From a bacterium (GTDB taxonomy: Bacteria > Elusimicrobiota > Elusimicrobia > Elusimicrobiales > UBA9959), in NCBI GenBank assembly GCA_021811405.1, contig JAJZOZ010000002.1, positions 1 to 59,978 of the forward strand: a DNA stretch of 59,978 nt, written 5' to 3'. A program made the position numbers and the translations under genes. Positions 37,801 through 46,800 of this stretch are shown here, piece by piece. Below the pieces are notes generated by a model. That model was not told the DNA's origin. It searched no databases and saw only the letters and a program-made list of their open reading frames with translations. Every line of letters begins with the position of its first letter. Within the stretch, counting starts at the first letter, position 1.

Positions 37801-40800
37801 AGGCCGGGGACGGGGAGATGTCGGTCCACGGCACCAGCCCGGCCCCCGCCATGCCGGTGGAGGTCCAGGCGCCGTACTGCGCCTTCAGCAGCCGGGAGCC
37901 GCCGGCGTCGGCGAAGTCCACGTTGTAGAGGCCGGAGTTGGAGGCGCGCCAGACGTCGTCGCCGGCCTGGTTGTCGGCGGAGGCGGGCGGCACGGTATCC
38001 TTCAGGACGTAGAAGGCGTCGGTGCTCACCGCCACGTTGCCGGCCAGGTCGTAGGCGCGCGCCGAGATGTAGGCGGTGACTCCGGAGGTCAGCGAGAGGA
38101 AGTCCACGCCCCAGCTCTGCGAATAGGAGGCGGCCGAGATGCCGGAGGCTATGTCCGTCCAGCCCTTGATATTGCCCGAAGCGCCGCCGGGGACGGAAGA
38201 AGCCGAGTACTGCACCCTGGAGAGCAGCGAGTAGGGGTCGTTGAAGCCGACGTTATAGACGGCGCCGGGGTCGGCCTGGCGCCAGACGTCGTCGCCGGCC
38301 TGGTTGTCGGCGAAAGCCGGGGCCTCGGTGTCCTTCTTCACGTAGAAAACGTCGTTGGCCGTGGTGGTGGTGCCCGCCTGGTTCCAGACGCGCACGCTTA
38401 CGTAGTTGAAGCTGGACTTGAGCGCGGCGAAATCCACCGCCCAGTCGGCCGAGTAGTTGGCCGCGTTGATGTTCTGCGCTATGTAGGTCCAGTCCTTCAG
38501 CACGGTCCCGCCCTGGGCCGGCGACGAGGTCGCCTTGTACTGCGCGGCGGAGAGCAGCGAGCCGCCGCCGCCGCTGAAGTCCACGTTATATAGCGTGCCG
38601 CCCGCGTTGCGCCAGACGGCGTCCCCCGTCTGGTTGTTCACCACGGAGGGCGGGGTGAGGTCCACCACCGTGGCGGCCTCGGGCGGAGTGTCGCTGGTGG
38701 GCGGGTCCGTCTCGTCCCTGTTGCCGGCCTTGTCGTAGACCACCAGCCTGAAGCCCGCGGTGCCGCCGGCCGGGGCCGTGAAGGCTATGGGCGAGGCCGA
38801 GAACGTCGTCCCGAACTGGGTCCAGGAATACGGCACCCCGGTGGCCATGGTGTAATACAGTTTGACGTACTGCACGTCGGAGGGCCCCGCGTCGGAAGCG
38901 GAATACGGAACGTTGAAGCCGAGCGCGCCCGAGAAGGCCGGCGGCGTCACGGTCCCCGACGGGGGCTGCGTATCCTTCAGGATATAGAAGACGTCGGCGT
39001 AGTCGGAGAAGGCGCCGGCGTTGTCATAAACGCGGGCCGAGATGTAGTTGGTACCCGGCAGCAGCAGGCTCCAGAGCGCCGGCGTCAGCTGCCAGTCGGA
39101 AGGATACGAAGCGGAGCCTATGCCGGTCAGGAGGTCCGTATAACCGAAGGCATGGGCGCCGGCCCCCGCCGGGGCGGAAGAGGCCTTCACCTGCACTTTC
39201 GAGAGCAGCGAGCCGCCTTCGTCGGCGAAATGCACCGCGTACGCCCCGGCGTTGGAATTGCGCCAGGCGGCGTCGCCGGACTGCAGGTCCGCGGCCGTGG
39301 GCGGAACGGTATCCTTGAGCACGTAGAAGGCGTCGGAAAGGGTGGTAGTGGAGGCGGCGCCGTCCGCCACGTCCACGGAAACATAGGCCGTCACGCCGCT
39401 CTGTATGGCGTTCCAGAGGGCCGCGGTGAGCGGCCAGGGCGTGGAATAGGAGGCGGCGTTGATGTTGGAGAGCACCGGCGTCCAGTCCGCTATGACGGCG
39501 CCGGTCTGGGCGGGACCCTCGGTGAGCTTCACGCGCGCCCCCTCCAGCAGCGAGCCGCCGGTATCGGCGAAGCGCACGTCGTAGACGGCCGTATTGGCCG
39601 CGCGCCAAACGCCGTCCCCGCCCTGGTAGTCGGCTATGGAGGGCGGCGTGGTGTCCTTCTTCACGTAGAAGACGTCGGAGATCTCGCGCGCGTTGCCCGC
39701 ATTGTCGTAGACCCGCACGGACACGTAGGACTGGCCTTCCGGCAGCGGCTGCCACAGGGACTCGGGCAGCGCCCACGGCGCGGAGTGCGAAGCCGAGCCT
39801 ATGCCGGAGAGGATATCGGTCCAGCCGGCTATCTGCGCGCCGGTCTGCGCCGGGCCGGACATCAGCAGCGTCTGGAACCTGGAGAGCAGCGAGCCGCCGG
39901 CGTCCGCGAAGGACACGCCGTATAGCGTCCCGGAAGAATTGCGCCAGAGATCGTCACCGGGCTGGTTGTCGGCTATGGCCGGCAGCGTGACGTCCTTGAA
40001 CACCTTGAAGACGTCGCTAGAAACGCTGGCCAGCCCCAGCCTGTCGTAGGCGCGCACCGAGATGTAGTTGGTCGTGTTCTCTGCCAGCGTGGAGAAGCTC
40101 ACCGACCAGTTGTCCGTGTAATAGGTCGGATAGCCGGTGAGGATATTGGCCGGCAGCCAGTCGCTCACCGGGTACCCGAGCGCCGGGGCGGTACTGACCC
40201 TGTATTCTATGGCGGAGAGGCCGGAAGCCCTGTCGAAGAAATCCACGTCGTAGAGCGTGCCGGGCGAGCCGCGCCAGGCGTAGTCGCCGGCCTGGTTGTC
40301 GGCTATGACCGGCGGCGTCGTATCCTTCAGCACGTAGAAGGCGTCCTGCGCGGCGGTCGCCAGGCCGCCGCGGTCGAACACGCGCACGCCGACGTAATTG
40401 GCCCCTTCGCGGGCGGCGGCGAAGTCCACGGCCCAGTTGGCCGAGTACAGCGGCGTGCCGGCGGGCGCGCCGAAGATGTCCGTCCAGTCCTTCAGCAGGG
40501 TCCCGGTGCCGCCGGGGCCGGAGTACAGGCGGTACTGCGCGGTCGTCGCGCCGGATCCCAGGTCGCCGAAGTCCACGTCGTAGACGGCGCCGGGGTCGGT
40601 CAGCCGCCAGGTATCGTCGCCCGGCTGGTTCACCGTGACATAGGGCGGCGCGGTGTCCTTCCAGACGCTGAAGGCGTTATAGGTGTCGGAGGACTGCAGC
40701 GCCGCGTCGAACACGCGCACCGAGATATAGGCCGTGACGCCGCTGTCCAGGGAATCCCAGATGGCCGCGGGCAGCGGCCAGTCCGAGGCGTAGTTCCCGC

Positions 40801-43800
40801 CGGAGATGTTCGCCGCGTCGGTCCAGTCCAGCAGGTACGGGGCGTAATTGCCGGTGTGGGTGGAGGCGCGCAGCTGGTAGCGCAGCAGGCCGGACTCCTG
40901 GCCCGGGTCGTGGAAGTCGACGTTGTAGAGGCGGCCGTTGGAGGACTGGTAATACGTGGCCCCGGCCTCCAGGCTGACGGCGTACGGCGGCGTGGTGTCC
41001 TTGCGCACGTAGAAGACGTCGTTGGCCGAAGCGGAGAGGCCCGCCTGGTTATAGGCCCGCACGGAGACGTAGCCCGTGGTCCAGCTCTGCAGCGCGGCGA
41101 AGTCCACCGGCCAGTTGGCCGTGTAGGAGGGCTGGCCGGCCGGGCTGGAAACTATGTCCGTCCAGTCCTTGAGCAGCAGCCCCGCCTGGGCGGGCAGGCC
41201 GGATATCCTGTACTGGGCGGTGGTCAGCAGCGAGCCCGGGTCGGCGAAGTCTATGTTATAGACCGTCCCGGCCGAGGCGCGCCAGATGTTGTCGCCGCCC
41301 TGCAGGTCGGTGATCACCGGCGGGCTGGTGTCCTTTCTGACGTAGAAGACGTCCTCCACGGTCATGCTGGTCGAGTTGACGTTCCAAAGCCGCACGGAGA
41401 TGTAGTTCGTGGTCTCCTTCAGCGAGTCGAAGAAAGGCTGCGGCAGGGACCAGTCGGTGTAATAGTAGGTGGCGTTTATGTCCAGCACCTTGGCCCAGTC
41501 CGCGCTGAGCTCGCCGGTGCGGCCGGGCTGCGTCCAGGCCTGCACCGAGAAGGAGCTGAGGTTCAGCGCGGCGTTGTTGCTGAAGAAGTCCACGTTGTAA
41601 GTCCCGTTATTGGCGGTGCGCCAGACGGCGTCGCCGGCCTGGTTGATGGCGAGCCCCATCGGGAAGCTGGAGCGGAAGAGCTTGAAGGCGTCCGCGTAGT
41701 CCGAGGTACCGCCGGCCAGGTCGGTCACGCGCAGCGAGAAATAATTGGTGGCCGGCAACTGGGCCAGGGAATAGAAGTCCGCCCCCCAGTTCTGCGTGTA
41801 ATACGTAGCTCCGGAGAGCGTGGCGATATTGGTCCAGTCCTTGACCAGAGCGCCGGTACCGCCGGGGCCTTCGGTCACGCGGTACTGCGGCGCGGCTATG
41901 CCCGAGCCGCCGGCGTCGAAGAAGTCCACGTCGAAGACGGCGCCAGGGTTGGCGAGGTAGGGACCGTAGCCGTCGGCCGGAGTGCTGACTATGACCATGT
42001 AGGGCGGCACTGTGTCCTTCAGCACGTGGAAGGCGTCGTTCACCTGCGCCGGATTGCCGGCGTTATCGTAGACGCGCACGCTGACGTAGCCGGTGGTACC
42101 GCTGGGTATGGCCGCGAAATCCACGGGCCAGTCCGTAGTGTAGGAGGAAAGGCCGCCGGGGGAGTAGACTATGCCGGTCCAGTCCTTGAGCACCGTGCCG
42201 CCCTGGGCCGGCAGCGAGGTTACGCGGTACTGCGCGGTGGTCAGGCCGGAGGTAAGGTCCCCGAAGTCCACGTTGTACAGGGTGCCACCCGTCCCGCGCC
42301 AGACGTCGTCCCCGGCCTGGTTGTCGGTGATGACCGGCGAGCCGTTGTCCTTCAGCACGCGGAAGGCGTCCTGCAGCGCGGCGGAATGGCCCAGCTGGTC
42401 GGTGACCGTGACGCTTATGTAATTGGTCCCCTGCGCCAGCAGGCTGAAGTCGACGCTCCAGGGAACGGAATAGGCCGCTCCCGAAACGCCGGGGATGGCC
42501 GTCAGCGGGACCGCGTTGACGCCGGTGAGTCCGGGCCCGGTCCAGGCTTCGTAGGCCGCCGAAGCGAGGCCGGCGCCGGCGTCGCCGAAGCCCACGGTGT
42601 AGGCGGTGCCGCCGAAGCGGCGCCAGGCGTCGTCTCCGGCCTGGCCGTTGGCTATAACGGGGGCGGAAGTGTCCTTAAGCACGTAGAAGGCGTCGGTAAG
42701 CGAGACAGTGGAGCCGGCGTGGTCGAACACCCGTACCGAGATATAGCTGGTGCCGGACGGCAGCAGGTTCCAGAAGGCGGAGGGCAGCTGCCAGTCGGCG
42801 GCATAGGAGGCCGCGTTGATGCCGGTCGCGGCGTCGGTCCAGTCGGCCGCCAGCGTCCCGGTCTGCCCCGGGCCGGTAGTCGCCTTCACCTGGAAGCCGG
42901 AGAGCAGCGAGCCTCCCTCGTCGGCGAAGTCCACGTTATAGAGGCCGGAGACGGCGCGCCAGGAGGAGTCACCGGGCTGGTTGTCCGCTATGGACGGCGG
43001 CGAGGTGTCCTTCAGGACGTAGAAGACGTCGTTGTTCGCCTGCTGGTTGCCTGCGTTGTCCGTGACGCGGGCTGAAACGTAGGAGATGCCGGCCGGCAGC
43101 GCGTCCCACTGCGCCTGCGCCAGCTTCCAGCCGGCGGGGTAGGAGGCCGAATTTATGGCGGACTGCTGCGCCGCCCAGTCCTGCACGAGCGTCCCCGTCA
43201 GGGCGGGGCCGGTCGTTATCCTCAGCTCGAAGCTCGAGAGCAGCGAGCCGCCGGCGTCCGCGAATCCCACGTCGTAGGCCGTGCCGGAGGAACTGCGCCA
43301 GGAATCGTCCCCGAACTGGTTGTCAGCGATGGTCGGCAGCGTCTTGTCCTTGCTGATATAGAAGGCGTCCGCGTAGGTGGAGGAATTGCCGGCGAGATCC
43401 GTGAACCGCAGCGAGACGTAGTTGGTGGCCGCGCCCTCGGCCAGGGAAGTGAAGTCCACGGGCCAGTCGGCGATATACGAGGCTGCGCCCAGCGGCGCGG
43501 TGACTATGGGGCTCCAGGTCTTGCGCTGCGTGCCCTTCTGCCCAGGCTCCGACCAGACCGAGTATTCTATCGCGTTCAGCAGCGAGCCGCCGGTGTCGTA
43601 GAAGTCCACGTTGTAGAGCTTGCCGGGGTCCTTCTGCCACTGGGCGTCGCCGCCGGCCATGCCGTCCTGGGCGGAGGGCGCGGTGGTGTCCTTCAGCACG
43701 TAGAAGACGTCGTCCAGGGAGGTGGTGGTGCCGGCCACGTCCCAGACCCGCACGGAGATGTAGTTATAGCCCTCGGCCAGGGCGGGCCAGGAGGAGGCGG

Positions 43801-46800
43801 AAACGCCCCACGGCGCGGCGTAGGAATTATCGTACGGCGTGCCCGAGGAGATGAAAGTCCAGTCCAGCCGCCTGGTACCGGTCTGGCCGGGGCCGGTCCA
43901 GGCCGTGTACTGTATGCTGTCTATTCCGGAGCCGCCGGTATCCGCGAAGGAGACGTTATAAACGCTGCCGGGGTTGGCGTTGCGCCAGGCGGCGTCGCCG
44001 GACTGGGAGTTGGTTATCGCCAGCGGCACGGTGTCCTTGAGCACGTAGAACAGGCTGTCCGCCGAGGCGGTGGAGTTGCCCACGTTGTCGTAGGCGCGCA
44101 CGCTGACGTAGGCGGTGGTGCCGCTGGGGATGGCGTTCCAGGCCGCGGCCGGCAGGGCCCACGGCGAGGAATAGGAGGAGGAGTTGATGCCGGAGGCGAT
44201 GGTGGTCCAGTCGTAGAGCGTGGTGCCGGTCTGCGAGGGCCCGGTGGTCAGCTTTACCTGGAAATAGGAGAGCAGCGAGCCGCCGGCGTCGTTGAAGAAG
44301 ACGCTGTAGAGGCCGCCGTTGGCGTTGCGCCACTTCGTATCCCCGGCCTGGGAGTCGTTTATCGTAGGGGTGGAGAGGTCCACCAGCAGCGAGCGGTAGG
44401 CGCTGAAGGCGGAATAGTTGCCGGCCGTGTCGCTGGAGGCAGCGCGCCAGTAATAGGTGCTGCCGGCCACCAGCGGCAGGGAGGCCGCGGAGACCGCCGG
44501 CTGGCTGGAGTACGAGATGGTGGTGAAATCGGTGGAGGTGGCCAGCTGCAGCAGGTAGTTGGTGACGCCGGAGCCGGAGCCGTCGGAAGAATCCCCCCAG
44601 TCGAAAGAGAGGGCCGCGCCGTTGGTCTTGTAGCCGTCGGCCGGGGTCAGGAGCGAAGGCACCGAGGGTGCGGTGGTGTCCTTGAGCACTTTGAAGGCGT
44701 CTGTCACCGTGGCCGTATTGCCGGCCACGTCGTAGAACTCCACCGTGATATAGTTGGTGCTGTCGCCGCCCAGCGAGGCGAAGGCGACCTGCCAGGGCGT
44801 AGTGTAGGAAGGGCCCGAGACCCCCGTGATGGCTACGGAGGAGACCTTGAGCGCCCCGTTCTGGCCGGGGCCGGTCCAGGCGCTGTAAATGGCGCCGTTC
44901 AGCCAGGACCCGGCGGAGTCGGCGAACCTGAAGTCGTAAGCCGTCCCGGCGGCCTTGCGCCAGGTCAGGTCCCCGCCGGCGACGTTGTTGGTATACGCGG
45001 GAGGCGTGGTGTCCTTGAGCACCCTGAAGGCGTCGGTCACCGTGGTGGTGTTGCCGGCTATGTCGTAGACCTCCACCGTTATGTAGTTGGTGGCGTCCCC
45101 GCCCAGTCCCGCGAAGTTCAGCGCCCAGTCCGCGGTATACGAAGCGCCGCCCACGCCGGCCAGCGCCGTGGTGGAGAAGAGCACCGCCCCGGCCCCGCCG
45201 GCAGCCGCGCGGGCCGCGTAGACGGCCCCGGCCAGTTTGGAATAAGGGTCGGCGAAGTCCACGTTGTAGTTCCGGCCGGCCTTGCGCCAGGTCAGGTCCC
45301 CGCCGGCCTCGCCGTTGGTCACTACCGGCGGCACGGTATCCTTGAAGACCTTGAAAGCGTCCGACAGCGTCGCCGTGTTGGTGGAGTAGTCTATGGCCCT
45401 TACCGAGATATAGTTGGTGGTCCAGCTCTGCAGGCTGGTCCAGAAGGCGGCGGGCAGGGCCCAGTCTGTGGTGTAATAGGTGGCATTTATCGTCAGCGGC
45501 AGGTCCACCCAGCCGCCGCCGAAGTCGGTGCCGGTCTGCGCGGGCCCGGAGGTGGCCCGCACCTGCAGCTTCGAGATCAGCGAGCCCCCGTCGTCGTTGA
45601 AGTCCACGTCGTAAAGGCCGCTGTTCGTATTGCGCCAGACCTGGTCGCCGGTGCCCATGTTGGAGGTTATGACCGGCGTCGAGAGGTCCACCCGGAAGGC
45701 GCGCGTGGAGGAATAGACGCCGGTGTTCCCGGCGTTGTCCAGCGACCGCACGCGCCAGTAATAGTAGTTCTGGGCCAGCGCTGCCGGCTGCGCCATCGAG
45801 GCCAGCGGGCTGGAGCTGTAGGTGACGGTCGCGAAGTCCGCGGAAGTGGCCACCTGCAGCTCGTAGTTCTTCAGGCCGGAGCCGTCTATGTCGGTCACGT
45901 CCTCCCAGTCCAGCAGCGGGGGGCTGGCGTTCAGGTTCACCCGGTCGACCGGGACTATGGCCGCCAGGGCCGGCGCCGGAGGGCTGGAATAGTCCACGCC
46001 GAAGTCCGGATTGCCGCCCTTGTTCACCCAGCGCCCGCGGCCGCCGTCCCCGAAACCCGCGGCCCGCCAATGATAGACGGTACCGGAGACCAGCCCCGAG
46101 ACCACCGCGTAGCTGGAGGCCGCCACGGTATTATAGTTGAAGACCGGGCCGGTGGAAAGGGCGCTCTCGTCGAAAGCCGCGGCGTTCGGCTTCACCTCCG
46201 CCACCAGCGCTATATTGTCCACGTTCATCGAGCTGGCCAGCACGCCCTCGAAGCGCAGCTCCCGCGCGTTGGTCCAGGCGCCCTGGGCGAGGGCCGCGCC
46301 GTTGGCCTTCTGCACGAGCGACTCCGGCAGCTTGGGGAAGGGCACGAAGCTGTAATTTATCGCCGCGCGGCCTCCCATCAGGCCGCGGGAAGTGCTGAGC
46401 GCGTAGTTGGCGGTGACCACGGCGGGGAAGGTACTGAACTGCACCAGGTTCTGGTAGAACTGGTTTACCGTGCAGTCCTCGGTGGTCGTGCGGTGAAAGG
46501 CGGTTTCCGGAGCGTTGCCGTTGAAATCCACCGTGGTATTGAAGTCCTGCGTGGTGCCGCTGTTGTTCAGGAAGTCGGTATAGGTATAGGCCTCGCGCAG
46601 CGTCTTGGTACCCTCCGTTTCCGGGTACCAGGCCCCGAATGGGAAAGTATCGCTGGGTACCGTGCCGTTGGTATCGTTGCCGGCCAGCACCTCGTAATCG
46701 TCCGTATGGGCCGCGCCGTTGGTATAATCGTACGTTATTATCAGTTCCATGCCGTGCGCGCCGGTGGCGCTGTTGGCCGCGTAGATGGTTGTTCCCACCT

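Larger units (their letters stand above)
23100..45690 (-). repeat. Array of about 50 diverged copies of a ~112-aa (~335 bp) protein module, interspersed with other domains
   Basis: Module consensus read by eye: (D/N)NQAGDD.WR....G.LYNVDF.D.GGS.L...Q.K.T.GP.QTGT...DWT.....IN.ASYTADW.LP...W..L..GT.Y(I/V)SVR..D.AG(N/S)......D.FYV.KDT.PP. I counted the (F/Y)(Y/R/K)V.KDT..P boundary about 50 times. Confidence 0.75.

Noticed and set aside
23100-45690. The ~335-bp periodicity was considered as a CRISPR array, satellite or other non-coding tandem repeat.
   Set aside because: The period is far too long, the copies are diverged, and all are in one open reading frame with conserved amino-acid positions. 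This is a protein repeat.
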